Source of the DNA: Methanothrix sp. | GTDB lineage: Archaea; Halobacteriota; Methanosarcinia; Methanotrichales; Methanotrichaceae | Length of the DNA stretch: 64,000 nucleotides | Assembly (NCBI GenBank): GCA_963682135.1 | Contig: OY821645.1 | Location: 1,664,001-1,728,000, forward strand | Reading direction: 5' to 3' | Shown: piece after piece, positions 38,051 through 48,288 of the stretch | Position numbering within the stretch: position 1 is the stretch's first letter | Layout of the letters: every line of letters begins with the position of its first letter | Translations under genes and position numbers: made by a program | The notes under the pieces: model-generated | Databases searched by the model: none | What the model was told of the DNA's origin: nothing | What the model saw: the letters and a program-made list of their open reading frames with translations, nothing else

Positions 38051-39280
38051 TCAGAGAGCCAGCCGAGCTTGCTGGGGCACGATGACGCTGCCCAAGACCT
38101 TCAGCCGGTAGTCCTGCTGTAACGTAGACTTGAGCTTACCGGAGTAAACACTGAGAGTAATCTCTTTAGTCCGGCCATATCGACCTTTGCTGATCACAAT
38201 CGTATGCAATATGCCCAACATGTCCAGCTCTGCGATGAGATCGGTTATCCTGCGATGGGTTAAAAAATCGGTCTCAACCAGAGGACAGAGTTGTTTGTAC
38301 ATGTTGTAAACGGCACTGGTAGTAATGTTTCTTGTACCCTGTTCCTCTAATAGAACAATGCTATAGAGCACCAGCTTGGATTGAGTGGGTAGCGTCTTAA
38401 TAACTTCTTCCACTCTGTCTTGTTCAATTTTTTCCCTGGCGGAACGCACATGATCCTCGGATACAATAGCAGAGCGGGCTCTTTCGGCTAACTCTCCGGA
38501 TATGCGCAGAAGATCGAGGGCTTTGCGAGCATCTCCATGCTCTTGGGCAGCAAAAGCAGCGCAAAGCGGTATGACGCTCTCTTGAAGAACACCTGGACTG
38601 AAAGAGAGCCTAGCTCTTTGCTCCAGAATGTCCCTTATCTGCTCTGCATTGTAAGGTGGAAATATGATCTCGTCCTCACCTAGAGAGCTTTTTACCCTGG
38701 GATCGAGAAACTCTGTAAATTTTAAGTCATTGGATATGCCTATGATGCTGACTTTAGAACGGAGCAGATCTGAGTTAATACGGGAAAGGTTGTAAAGAAC
38801 ATCGTCTCCTTTTTTAACCAGCTTGTCAACTTCATCTAACATTATCACTACAACTTGTTTTGCTTCATCTACCGCATTTCGAAACTCTGCATAGACTTGA
38901 TCCGTAGGCCAGCCGGTCATTGGAATGTCTTTATCAAAGTGCCTTGCCAGGTGAGCTAGAATCCGGTACTGAGTATCTACCACTTCGCAGTTGATGTAGA
39001 TCACAGTGCACTTCATATCCCCAAAACCTGCTTCTTCCAGTTCTTTTCCTACGTACTTAGCAACTGCAGTCTTACCAGTGCCGGTTTTTCCATAGATAAG
39101 AACATTGGAGGGGGTTTCTCCTCTTAATGCAGGAACCAGAACAGATGCCAAGCCGTTGATCTCATTGCCTCTATGAGGCAGTTCGCTTGGCGTATAAGTA
39201 GGGCGCAAGACGTCTCTGGACTGAAATATGCCTCCTTGCGCTAATAAATCAGCAAATAACCCTTTCGAAATTGATACCAA
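38051..39280 (-). CDS. cdc6: Orc1/Cdc6 replication initiator
   Basis: Walker A GKTGTGKT, YINC, MLDEVD, FPPYNAEQI..IL, HGDARKALDLLR, SKGRYGRT. Confidence 0.97.
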   Translation of the reverse strand: MVSISKGLFADLLAQGGIFQSRDVLRPTYTPSELPHRGNEINGLASVLVPALRGETPSNVLIYGKTGTGKTAVAKYVGKELEEAGFGDMKCTVIYINCEVVDTQYRILAHLARHFDKDIPMTGWPTDQVYAEFRNAVDEAKQVVVIMLDEVDKLVKKGDDVLYNLSRINSDLLRSKVSIIGISNDLKFTEFLDPRVKSSLGEDEIIFPPYNAEQIRDILEQRARLSFSPGVLQESVIPLCAAFAAQEHGDARKALDLLRISGELAERARSAIVSEDHVRSAREKIEQDRVEEVIKTLPTQSKLVLYSIVLLEEQGTRNITTSAVYNMYKQLCPLVETDFLTHRRITDLIAELDMLGILHTIVISKGRYGRTKEITLSVYSGKLKSTLQQDYRLKVLGSVIVPQQARLAL

Positions 39281-39339
39281 GATAATTCCCCTCTAACAAT
39301 TTTTCTTGGGTCTTGAGAGATATTAAGAGTTATGGTGAA

Positions 39340-39790
39340 CACCCCCATGTTTCCAATGGAACTTAGGGGCCGCACCCCATGGTTTCCAGTGGAATGCAAA
39401 TAAAAAACGGCTTATCTACATGATTGATAATGAAATAAAAAAGGCCTGTTGTACGGTTGATTTTATTCATATATAAACTTAATTGCTATATAAGTAGTGG
39501 ATATCATGATTATTATATGCAGTACCACTCGTTTTTTTAAAAAAGAGATCCAGATCCACAAGTTTCAGGAATTAGAATATGCTTATTAAAAGCTGCTAAT
39601 AGGTTTCATATCGCGACGAGAGATCAGCTCTAAAGGAAATGCAACATAAACAATCGACATGCATGAGCTGGTTCGCAGGAGAACGATGAAAGGGCATCTA
39701 AAAGACGAATCAAATCATTTGGATCAATAAGTCCTCATGCGGCATGCTAGCGAGCAGTTGAGTCAATGTTCCAGTGGAAATCATACGGTC
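39340..39790. other. Probable replication origin (oriC): inverted ORB boxes flanking an AT-rich unwinding region
   Basis: Minus-strand ORBs GTTCCATTGGAAACATGGGGG (39342-39362) and ATTCCACTGGAAACCATGGGG (39375-39395); plus-strand GTTCCAGTGGAAAT (39768-39781); AT-rich 39400-39600; directly upstream of cdc6. Confidence 0.85.
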
Positions 39791-39942
39791 TCTCTTGATC
39801 CACTAATATTCCTATCGCGATTCAATTTGTCTCGACAATTCTGGAGAAAAGTACCCGGAAGAGCATAACGCGTATGCCTTTATTCGTGTATGCTCTCTTA
39901 AGCCAAGAGACTGCGTATAACCAGTCCATGGAAACGGAAACT

Positions 39943-40203
39943 TCAAGCTACGGGTATGGTTTCAAGCTGGCTGGCAACATTCCAGATCAAAGTCCTGGTG
40001 TGAAGAGGAATATTGGGATCATTGCTTATCTCGTCAAGTATGGAGATAGCAGATGCAGCCTTGATTGCTTCACTTGTATTCTCACTCATGAGGATAGATT
40101 TTACGTTCTCTGCCGAGCGCCTGATGTTCCTCGGTACGGCATCATCGCTCATAATACGTTCTAGTACCTCAACGCATTGCTTAAGGACATTTTCAGCTGT
40201 CAT
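39943..40203 (-). CDS. UPF0147 family protein
   Basis: [29 protein letters not shown]. Confidence 0.92.
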   Translation of the reverse strand: MTAENVLKQCVEVLERIMSDDAVPRNIRRSAENVKSILMSENTSEAIKAASAISILDEISNDPNIPLHTRTLIWNVASQLETIPVA

Positions 40204-40319
40204 AGAATCACCCACCCATGTTTCTGGGAAAAAGGTTAATGATGATATTCGCCTTAATCAGTTTAGATGTGATGATATAGTCGTTGTATTTAAACGTATG
40301 TGGCACGTAGGTATGAGAC

Positions 40320-40784
40320 ATGGATGAGGATGAAGTTCTTAGCAAGATAACCAGGCTTCTGGAGCAGGGCTGCACTATGCTGGCCACGCATCATGACTGT
40401 GGTGCACCTCTTTTTCGTTGCCAGGGTGAAGTCGTCTGTCCTGTCTGTTCTTTTGCCGATAAACCTAATTCGCCGGCAAAAGAGCAGCCATCCGGTTTAT
40501 CTGGGGAAAAACTGGATGAGAAATCAGATCTTGGTCGCGCACATTTGCTGGAGAGAGATGAAATTGAAGATCGGCCTGCTGGTGCAAGTGCAAGACCGAC
40601 TCAGAAGGGCAAACAGGGCGATGACGAATTGTCGGTAGCTATTGGTAATCTGCGTGCTACTCTCTTGGCAAGGCTGCGAGAGCTTACAGTAGCTGTGCAA
40701 GATGAGCATGATTTGCATATGCTTAAGAGGCAACTCGATTGCCTGGAAGGATTGCTACGGGTTCTACGATCCTTGCAGGGGTGA
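40320..40784 (+). CDS. UPF0148 / SSSCA1-like Zn-ribbon protein
   Basis: LLEQGCTMLATHHDCGAPLFR..GEVVCPVC. Confidence 0.85.
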   Translation: MDEDEVLSKITRLLEQGCTMLATHHDCGAPLFRCQGEVVCPVCSFADKPNSPAKEQPSGLSGEKLDEKSDLGRAHLLERDEIEDRPAGASARPTQKGKQGDDELSVAIGNLRATLLARLRELTVAVQDEHDLHMLKRQLDCLEGLLRVLRSLQG

Positions 40785-40833
40785 TCTATCATCTTTTTGT
40801 TTAATATCGTCTCAAATGCGGGGATTTTTGGAT

Positions 40834-40854
40834 CTCCACTGGAAATAAAGGGGT
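40834..40854 (+). promoter_or_regulatory. Additional ORB-like box with G-string
   Basis: CTCCACTGGAAATAAAGGGGT matches the boxes upstream of cdc6. Confidence 0.65.
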
Positions 40855-40861
40855 TGATCAA

Positions 40862-41698
40862 TTGTTAATAAAGTTTTTTAGAAAGTGTGGTATATCTCTA
40901 ATATTATTTCTTCTTGTCCTGGCATTGTTGTGCATAACGGGCTGCCTGGAGCAGTCACCGCAGTTGGCTGTGATACCTCCGAGGTCAGCAGATCAACCGG
41001 AAAACCTTTCCTTGCAGATGGATTTTGATTCTGAATTGAGTAGCGACCTTTTTTGTGTGCGGGGTAATATTATGCTACCCGGCAATAGCAGCCTTGCTTA
41101 TCTCCTGCTCAATGCCACTCTTTGTCAGGGATCGACAGTGCAATTTGGCACAAAATACCTGCTGATGGAGCTTGAGCCTGAGCAGGATTACAGCTTTGAG
41201 ATCGCTAAAAATGTCAAAATTCCGGCTGGAGAATATGATTGTATCCTGGAGGCAAAGGGCCCTCAAGCTCTCTTGGCCAGAGAAAGCCGGAAAGTTAGTC
41301 TTGTGTCAGAGCAAAAGCCAATATTCGAGCAATTTCCGTGGCCGATAGATCTGGATCCGGATAACAAGGTCTCCAGGCAAGAGGATCTGCAAGTGCGAGC
41401 TGAAGAGGAGAGTGCTTTGCAGAATGAATTCTCAGAAAATGCTCCGCATAGGGAAGATTCTGGCGTCGTGACCGGAAAGGAAAAAGAATCAGTCAGTGCA
41501 AAAGACTCTTTGCAGGCGCCTTCGACCTCGTCTCGGGAAGGCAAAGGCAAGTTCATGGGCAGCATCACCTCGAAAAAGTACCATCGTCCGGATTGTCGCT
41601 ATGCCCTTAAGATAAAGCCGGAGAACTGCATCTACTTCCAGAGCATTGAGGATGCAGAGGGGCAGGGCTATCTTCCCTGCAAGGTCTGCAATCCTTAG
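40862..41698 (+). CDS. Putative lipoprotein with C-terminal Ada-like metal-binding domain
   Basis: Lipobox-like ITGC; GSITSKKYHRPDC...GYLPCKVCNP. Confidence 0.8.
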   Translation: MLIKFFRKCGISLILFLLVLALLCITGCLEQSPQLAVIPPRSADQPENLSLQMDFDSELSSDLFCVRGNIMLPGNSSLAYLLLNATLCQGSTVQFGTKYLLMELEPEQDYSFEIAKNVKIPAGEYDCILEAKGPQALLARESRKVSLVSEQKPIFEQFPWPIDLDPDNKVSRQEDLQVRAEEESALQNEFSENAPHREDSGVVTGKEKESVSAKDSLQAPSTSSREGKGKFMGSITSKKYHRPDCRYALKIKPENCIYFQSIEDAEGQGYLPCKVCNP

Positions 41699-42267
41699 AA
41701 ATCGCCTATGAAAACGCAGGAGAGGCCGGGTGCCTGGGGCGGGCAGGCTGTATTGGCCCGATCTATCCGCTCTTGCGGATAGCCCAGGTCGGTGAGGCTG
41801 GCTACCTCTCTATGCAGGCCTTCTGATTCCAGATATTGGCAGAGGTTCTGCAGATTTGTGGCGTCATCCGTGAGCAGAAAGACGCATTTTCCCCGGCGCA
41901 GTTCAAAGGCTATGGCATCCGGGTCCAGGTTGCGGCCATGCACTGTGATGGGAACCACTTTTAGCTGGCTGACTTTCAGGCGGGCACAGGCTACTTGCAA
42001 GCTGGATATGCCAGGGATTACCCTGCCTTGGAGATAACCCAGGCCGGAGAGCATAGGGTCGCCCGTGCTCAAGACCACGGCATCTTCTCCAAGATCGTGT
42101 AGCTTCTTGTAGTCCTCAATGACTCTGACTGTGCATCCCGGATTTATGTGCTCTGCGACCAGTTCGATGGCTCTCTTTGATCCGTAGATGAGACTGGCCT
42201 GGGCTACGGCCTGCGCGGCCTGTGCGGTCAGCATCTGCGGGCCGGCGCCTACTCCTACTATGATCAT
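41695..42267 (-). CDS. cbiE: Cobalt-precorrin-7 C5-methyltransferase
   Basis: VGVGAGP, VLSTGDPMLSGLG, IPGISSLQVACARL, LGYPQERI. Confidence 0.88.
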   Translation of the reverse strand: MIIVGVGAGPQMLTAQAAQAVAQASLIYGSKRAIELVAEHINPGCTVRVIEDYKKLHDLGEDAVVLSTGDPMLSGLGYLQGRVIPGISSLQVACARLKVSQLKVVPITVHGRNLDPDAIAFELRRGKCVFLLTDDATNLQNLCQYLESEGLHREVASLTDLGYPQERIDRANTACPPQAPGLSCVFIGDF

Positions 42268-42299
42268 GATTTTGACAGCTCCATAATTTGTTTCCTGTT

Positions 42300-43337
42300 T
42301 TATGGCACATCCGCGAGGATGCGTCCATCTCTATGCAGCAGAACGATGCGGGTTTGAGGAAGCTTCTCTTTGGCCATTCTTAATGCTCTGGCGATGTTTG
42401 CATGCTCCGGCTCCATCTCTACCATCTCGGCCACAGTGCCGTAACCGGTATTATCCAGGATCTGGGGCCAGGCCCATTTGAGAATAAGGGCGGGCAGTCC
42501 GCAGATGATGCTCTCCTGGTCTTTCTCGAATGCAAGTTTGTCGAGCTGGCTTCCCATAAGTACAGCTTTGTGATCGGGAAAAAGAATACGGCTGAAATTA
42601 AGGCCCGTTCTGCCTGTGGTGACGAGCACTTTCCTGGCTCCTTTCAGCTCCTGGGCACGATCGCCTATGAAGTGATCATTCCAGGGTTCCACAAATCCGG
42701 TCGAGCCCAGGATGGAGATGCCTCCCACTATTCCCAGACGGGGATTGAGTGTCTTGTCGGCCAGCTCAGCGCCCCGGGGAATTGACAGTTCTACCTCTGC
42801 CCCCGCCAGGCCTGTCTCTTGCAGTGCCTGCCGGATAGCCAACATGATCTGTTTTCGGGCGGAGGGACTGATGGCGGGCCTGCCTACCTCGTCGCATAGC
42901 CCCCGAGCGGTGATCCGGCCAATGCCTTTTCCTGCGATAAGAGTCGTCTCTTCCGCCGCTCTGGCCTGGGCGGCAATCTCGAGACCAGCAGTGACATCGA
43001 ATTGATGATCGCCGCCATTCTTTACGGCTGTGCAAAAGCCGCTCTTGGCCGCCACCGGCATGCAGACGCTGATGCCGGCCGGGGTTGTGACCTGCAGATC
43101 CTGGACCGATTTTTTCAGGGAGAGGACGGCTCCCTTGCAGGCTCCTGCTGCGGTCGTTCCTGTGGTCAGGCCGCGTCTGCAAAGCTTACCGCTGGAGAGA
43201 ATGACCCATCTGCCGCTCTCTATCTTTTGCAGAGCCAGTGGATCGGGGCACAGCTCAATCCAGGAGGGGGAAACGGCAAAGCCTGTAATGGGATCTTTGA
43301 CTGTTCCTTTGATTGTATCATCGTACGGTTCTGGCAT
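42300..43337 (-). CDS. cbiD: Cobalt-precorrin-5B C1-methyltransferase
   Basis: RGLTTGTTAAGA, TLNPRLGIVGGISILGSTGFVEP. Confidence 0.94.
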   Translation of the reverse strand: MPEPYDDTIKGTVKDPITGFAVSPSWIELCPDPLALQKIESGRWVILSSGKLCRRGLTTGTTAAGACKGAVLSLKKSVQDLQVTTPAGISVCMPVAAKSGFCTAVKNGGDHQFDVTAGLEIAAQARAAEETTLIAGKGIGRITARGLCDEVGRPAISPSARKQIMLAIRQALQETGLAGAEVELSIPRGAELADKTLNPRLGIVGGISILGSTGFVEPWNDHFIGDRAQELKGARKVLVTTGRTGLNFSRILFPDHKAVLMGSQLDKLAFEKDQESIICGLPALILKWAWPQILDNTGYGTVAEMVEMEPEHANIARALRMAKEKLPQTRIVLLHRDGRILADVP

Positions 43338-43950
43338 AGGTATTTATGATCTCATTTAAGGCCGCAACGGCGATGGGAGTTCCTCCGCGCGTGCCTGCCG
43401 TGGATATGGACGGCACATCGATCTCTCTTAGTCGCTCCTTGCTCTCCGCCGCATTGACAAAGCCCACGGCTGCCCCGATGACCAGCCGCGGCAAGACCTT
43501 TTTCGACTCGATGAGCTCGCAGAGCGTTAGCAGAGCAGACGGCGCATTTCCTATTACGACTATTGATCCGGAGAGCTTCTCTTGCAGAGCAATGACTCCT
43601 GCAGAGGAGCGGGTAATACCCTGTGCTGCCGCCAGAGCATCTCCCTGGCCGATGAAGGCAACAATTGGGCTTTTATGACCCTTCTTTAAAACCCCGGCCT
43701 CTACCATCTTTATATCCACGAAAATGGGTGCCCCGTCTTCCAGAGCCAGCATGCCTGCCTCGCCGGGATGGTTATGAAATCTTAAAATTTCGGCCACACT
43801 GGGATCGCCGGTGGCAATTACGCATCTCTGCTTGATCTTATCCTCGAATGTCTCATCTCCAATCATCTGCGAGATGAGCCGCCGGCTCTTTCTGCTTATC
43901 TCCAGGGCCTCGGGGGTTGTGGCTCCAATATCCGTGTAATCTTCCATCAT
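43318..43950 (-). CDS. cbiC: Precorrin-8X methylmutase
   Basis: ITRSSAG, VIGNAPSAL, VGFVNAAESK, GTRGGTPIA. Confidence 0.94.
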   Translation of the reverse strand: MMEDYTDIGATTPEALEISRKSRRLISQMIGDETFEDKIKQRCVIATGDPSVAEILRFHNHPGEAGMLALEDGAPIFVDIKMVEAGVLKKGHKSPIVAFIGQGDALAAAQGITRSSAGVIALQEKLSGSIVVIGNAPSALLTLCELIESKKVLPRLVIGAAVGFVNAAESKERLREIDVPSISTAGTRGGTPIAVAALNEIINTYARTVR

Positions 43951-43971
43951 GGGAAATCAGCTCGAATAACT

Positions 43972-45369
43972 CTAGTAGCTGTATTTGTTCTGGTATCCTC
44001 GTTTGGTGATTATTCTTCCCTCTTCTATATGGGAATTGGTGGAGGCGACAAGCAGAGTGAAGCGATAGCCAGCGGGCTTTGCGGCCAGCAGATCCTCTGC
44101 TGTGAGAATCATAGTATTTTCTCCCTCCCGGGCCACATCCTGGGCCAGGACAACTGGTCGCATCGGGTCGACTTCTTCCAGCAAAGAAGCAATCTCCAAT
44201 CCTTTTACATTGTAGGCCACCACGGCAAAGCCGGCACCGGCCAGGGCACACAGTCGTGCCGGATCATCGGCAGAGGAGAGAAGGGCGAAGTCATTGACCA
44301 GAGGCGCGCCGGATCTTGCCGCTACAGAGGAAAAAGCGCTCACTCCGGGAGAGATATGTACCGGCACGCCCTCCGCTTGATTCAGGATTCTCCAGCCGGA
44401 GCTGAAGATGCTGGGATCGCCGCCTGTGAGGATGGATGCCATGCCGCCGGCTGCGGCCAACTGCATAGCCTCCTTCAGGCGGGCGGCCATTCTCTCCGGG
44501 CAGGGGCCGCCGTGAGTGACCTTCTGGGCGGAGGTGATCTCGCCGATCAATTGCAGGTATCTTTGTGCTCCGTAGATCTTCTGCGAGGCCTGCAAGATGC
44601 CGGCGGCTTCCTGGGTCAGATTGCCAGGATCACCCGGACCGATGCCTACCAGGTTTATGGCTGCCTGCGTTGCTGCGTAGCCCCGGAAGGTGCCCCGCCC
44701 AAGGATGATGACCAAAGAGGTCATATCGATCCTATCTCGCAGGCTCTCCTCCTCAATCAGCTTTTCAGAGTTTGTGTAAAAGATCTCTTCTGCCTTGCGA
44801 CCGATGTTCTTTGCCACCAGGACATCTCTGGTCCCGCAAATTTCTAATGCGCGCAAGAGCTGCCAATCGCGCCTCTTGCTTTTGGGATTGTAGAGAGCTA
44901 CGGGCATGGCGGTCTCGGCAGCCAAACGCAGTCTGCCTTCTATCTGCTGCCAGGGTGTGAGCAGGTCGCTGAGGCTGATCACGGCCACGCATTCCCGGAA
45001 GGCAAGGCCAGCCCGGCAGGAGGCGGCGGTAAAAGATGTGACTCCGGGAACAATATCCACGGCAGATGGCTTTTCGGCCAGCTCCAGGCCGAGACCCGCC
45101 ATGCCATAGACATTGGGGTCTCCGCTGCTCACCAGGGCTACGGACCCTTTTTCCAGTAGATCGACTGCTTCTGCGACTCTATCCACCTCTCTTCCCATGC
45201 TGCTGGAGAAGACCTGTTTTCCCGGCAATAGATCGCCGATCAGATCCAAATAAGGCCTGTAGCCGACGACATAGTCTGCCGTGGTTATGGCCCGTGTGGC
45301 CGCAGCAGTGCGTAGTCCAGGCGAGCCTGGGCCGATGCCCACGATGGAGAGCTTATTTACCGATGGCAA
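43972..45369 (-). CDS. cbiH: Precorrin-3B C17-methyltransferase with a second tetrapyrrole-methylase domain
   Basis: Two VGIGPG...(S/G)GDP...PGV(T/S) units; ISLSDLLTPW; LYNPKS; TKRGY C-terminus. Confidence 0.88.
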   Translation of the reverse strand: MPSVNKLSIVGIGPGSPGLRTAAATRAITTADYVVGYRPYLDLIGDLLPGKQVFSSSMGREVDRVAEAVDLLEKGSVALVSSGDPNVYGMAGLGLELAEKPSAVDIVPGVTSFTAASCRAGLAFRECVAVISLSDLLTPWQQIEGRLRLAAETAMPVALYNPKSKRRDWQLLRALEICGTRDVLVAKNIGRKAEEIFYTNSEKLIEEESLRDRIDMTSLVIILGRGTFRGYAATQAAINLVGIGPGDPGNLTQEAAGILQASQKIYGAQRYLQLIGEITSAQKVTHGGPCPERMAARLKEAMQLAAAGGMASILTGGDPSIFSSGWRILNQAEGVPVHISPGVSAFSSVAARSGAPLVNDFALLSSADDPARLCALAGAGFAVVAYNVKGLEIASLLEEVDPMRPVVLAQDVAREGENTMILTAEDLLAAKPAGYRFTLLVASTNSHIEEGRIITKRGYQNKYSY

Positions 45370-46222
45370 CTGTTACCCTCCCGTAGGCTTTCTTAGGAAA
45401 GATGAGCTTTGTTGCCAGGGCAAGAACGGCAGGCTCGGCTACGCCGTTAAGGCCCAGGTCCTGGGCTCGGGAAACGGTAGTGGCGGCTTGAGAATTGAGG
45501 GTCTCTCTGGAGAGGCAGATCATCTCTCTTCCCAGTAGCTTGGCTGCTGCAAGCATGCCTTCTTCCTCGCTCTTGAGCCATGCCGTGGCCAGGATGGCGA
45601 TCTCATCTCGCCTTCTTCCCGTTTCGCTCAATGCCTCATCAATGGCCTGCAGCACCTCAGAGGCAGAGACGCCTTTTCTGGCGCCGATGCCCACAACCAG
45701 TCCCCAACTTTTCAATACAGCCACATCCTCATCCACTATTACAATTTTGGGCCCTTTCAGCCTTAAAACGGGAACGTCTTCTTTGAGGAAGGCCAGGTTC
45801 ACGGTTTTGGAGGACTCTTTGTTGACAATGGCCGCGCCCAGGCGCTCTGCTACCTCTTCCAGGCAGGGGCGGCCGGAGGTGTCGGTGGCGGTGGTGACGG
45901 CGGCATAAAGGCCGAGACGGGAAGCCAGGAAGCGGGCCAGCTCATTGGCTCCGTGATGTCCTGCCACAACCGGCACAGCGCAGGTGAGCGCAGAATCTAC
46001 GGCTACCACGGGACGGTCCGTCCATTTATCCTTAAGGTAGGGACAAAGGCTTCGTACAACAATCCCTACCGCCATTAAGGCTACCACCAGCTCATATTTC
46101 TCCAAAACCATCTCTATTTTGTCTTTCTCGTAAAGGACAATTGCCGGAGAGTAGCGTTCCTGCAAAGCCAGAGCTATCTTCTCCGCTTTCTCTTTGTCTC
46201 TGGGAAAGACCAGAACAGCCAC
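45353..46222 (-). CDS. cbiG: Cobalt-precorrin-5A hydrolase
   Basis: GIVVR, DKWTDRPVV, GHHGANELA, VTTATD, GVAEPA. Confidence 0.92.
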   Translation of the reverse strand: MAVLVFPRDKEKAEKIALALQERYSPAIVLYEKDKIEMVLEKYELVVALMAVGIVVRSLCPYLKDKWTDRPVVAVDSALTCAVPVVAGHHGANELARFLASRLGLYAAVTTATDTSGRPCLEEVAERLGAAIVNKESSKTVNLAFLKEDVPVLRLKGPKIVIVDEDVAVLKSWGLVVGIGARKGVSASEVLQAIDEALSETGRRRDEIAILATAWLKSEEEGMLAAAKLLGREMICLSRETLNSQAATTVSRAQDLGLNGVAEPAVLALATKLIFPKKAYGRVTVAIGK

Positions 46223-46233
46223 TGATTTCTTTG

Positions 46234-46959
46234 CTAGCGATCCCGGTATAGGTGAGACCTCCGAAATCCCGTTCTCTTCACCACGTCGCCTACCAGAATT
46301 AGGGCGCTCTTGCTTATTCCTGCTGCCTCCACCTTCTGGGCGATATCGTCCAAGGTTCCCTGCAATACTTTCTCGTCCGGCCAGGAGGCATGATAGACCA
46401 CGGCCACGGGTGTCTCGCCTGGACGGTCCAGGTTATCGACAATGTCTTTGATCCTGTCGATTCCCAGGAAGATGGCCATAGTAGTATTATGGCGGCTGAG
46501 GGCGGCCAGCTCGTCCTTCTCCAGGGTAGTGCCGGCGGGCCTCGTCACAATCAAGGACTCTGAGACTCCTTTCAGGGTTAGCTGAGTTTTCAGGGCAGCC
46601 GCCGAAGCGAAGAGGGAGGAGACGCCGGGCACGACTTCCACCTCCACTCCTGCTTCTTCCAGCGGCTTCATCTGCTCGAGTATGGCGCCGTAAAGTGCAG
46701 GATCGCCGCTATGCAGCCGTACCACCTTCCGGCCCTCCCGGAGGGAGGCGATTATCCTGGCAGTGGTCGCCTCCAGTGATACGCCGTTGCTGTCCATAGT
46801 CTCCGCTTTCAGGCCTTCCAGGAGGATGGGATTGACCAGGGAGCCGGCATAAACCACCAGGTCCGCCTCCATGAGCAATCTTTTGCCTTTGACGGTGATG
46901 AGATCCGGGTCTCCGGGTCCGGCTCCTACAAAGTAAAGCAACATCTTCGGCAGCATCAT
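46234..46959 (-). CDS. cbiF: Cobalt-precorrin-4 C11-methyltransferase
   Basis: [43 protein letters not shown]. Confidence 0.95.
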   Translation of the reverse strand: MMLPKMLLYFVGAGPGDPDLITVKGKRLLMEADLVVYAGSLVNPILLEGLKAETMDSNGVSLEATTARIIASLREGRKVVRLHSGDPALYGAILEQMKPLEEAGVEVEVVPGVSSLFASAAALKTQLTLKGVSESLIVTRPAGTTLEKDELAALSRHNTTMAIFLGIDRIKDIVDNLDRPGETPVAVVYHASWPDEKVLQGTLDDIAQKVEAAGISKSALILVGDVVKRTGFRRSHLYRDR

Positions 46960-47561
46960 CGCCTCCGGGCTAAAAGAACTGAGAAGTAGTCGCTTCTTTC
47001 CGGCATCTCGCCTTTGATGATCTTCTCCTGTGCAGTGTAGAGCATCGTTCCCAGCACAAAATCATCAAATCCCATAGCGCGAAGCTCCTCGGCCAGCTTT
47101 CTGGGCCGGGTGGCCTTAATCCTGATGACAGTATCCACTGGTGAACCGTCCCAGACCTCAAAGGACCCTTCCAGGGGAGCAGCAAAACGCGAGGCCAGGG
47201 CGGGCACCACGCCTACGCCGGGAATGGTCTGGATCTCTATCTGGGGATGATTCTGCCGGATCATCCTCTCCAGGTGGCTGAAGGTGGAGAAGGTGTTGAC
47301 GTCCCCAATGCAGGCAAAGCCAGCGCAGCCGGAGGCGGCAGCCTCAGCAACGGTATCGGCATTCGTTCGCCAGATCTTCTCCAGCTCCTCTTTGTCCTCT
47401 ATCATGGGAAACTGCAGGATCTCAGGCCGGCAATAAGGCCGGGCTAACTCTGCGGCCATCTCTCCCGGCACAAAGACCTTTGCGGCGTTCTTGAGCGCTG
47501 ATGCCGCCTTAAGTGTCAAAAGCTCCGGATCGCCCGGGCCAAGACTGATACCAATCAACAT
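46956..47561 (-). CDS. cbiL: Cobalt-factor II C20-methyltransferase
   Basis: [32 protein letters not shown]. Confidence 0.9.
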   Translation of the reverse strand: MLIGISLGPGDPELLTLKAASALKNAAKVFVPGEMAAELARPYCRPEILQFPMIEDKEELEKIWRTNADTVAEAAASGCAGFACIGDVNTFSTFSHLERMIRQNHPQIEIQTIPGVGVVPALASRFAAPLEGSFEVWDGSPVDTVIRIKATRPRKLAEELRAMGFDDFVLGTMLYTAQEKIIKGEMPERSDYFSVLLARRR

Positions 47562-48085
47562 TTGCCAATCACCATGAAGATAGGGTTTACCGGTTTTAGG
47601 GCAATGTCTCCCCCTAATTCGTAGCCCCTTGCGATATGAATTTGGATAAGCTCCTGAAATATCCCCGCTTCTTTCATCAGCTGCGCCAGCCGGGCGGCTA
47701 TGCCCAGGCGGGCCAGGTCGGCCACAATTATGCAGCCCGGCCGGGCCTTCTCCAGGAGAAGAGGCAGGAAATCGTCGATGCCGCGTGTGCCGCCGATAAA
47801 ACATCGATCCACTGCCGGAAGGCCGGGCAGAATATCAGCCGCTTCGCCGCAGAAGAATTGGCCTTGCGGCACAGCTGCTCTGCTCATTTGCACTGCCTCC
47901 TCTCGCCGGTCGATGCCGTAGATTCGGTCAGTGAAGCGAGAGGCGGCGAGAGACACGGCCCCCGAGCCGCAGCCAACGTCCAGGAAGACCTGGGCCTGGC
48001 TTATTTTCAGCTTTCCCATGGCGATGGAGATATTCTCCTCTTGCGTCGCCGTTCCCGGAAGCTTCATGGCTGCAAAGAAAACCAT
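47555..48085 (-). CDS. cbiT: Cobalt-precorrin-6B C15-methyltransferase
   Basis: [26 protein letters not shown]. Confidence 0.88.
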   Translation of the reverse strand: MVFFAAMKLPGTATQEENISIAMGKLKISQAQVFLDVGCGSGAVSLAASRFTDRIYGIDRREEAVQMSRAAVPQGQFFCGEAADILPGLPAVDRCFIGGTRGIDDFLPLLLEKARPGCIIVADLARLGIAARLAQLMKEAGIFQELIQIHIARGYELGGDIALKPVNPIFMVIGKC

Positions 48086-48288
48086 GCTGGAATAAAAGGT
48101 TAATGCAAGTAAACTTGGCTGGAGTTAAATTCAGCAAATAATTGCTTGCATGGAGCGGTGTGAGAAATTCGGGTTGCAGCTTGGGCCTAAATGGACTGCC
48201 ACCCCAAACTTCAATAGCCGGAAGAATTGGGCAGGGATCCCGGGCCGGGATCCCTGGGTTTCACATTGATCATGCCTTCGCATCTCAT

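Noticed and set aside
48086-48288. Cobalamin riboswitch upstream of the cbi cluster
   Set aside because: No recognisable B12-element core on the minus strand.
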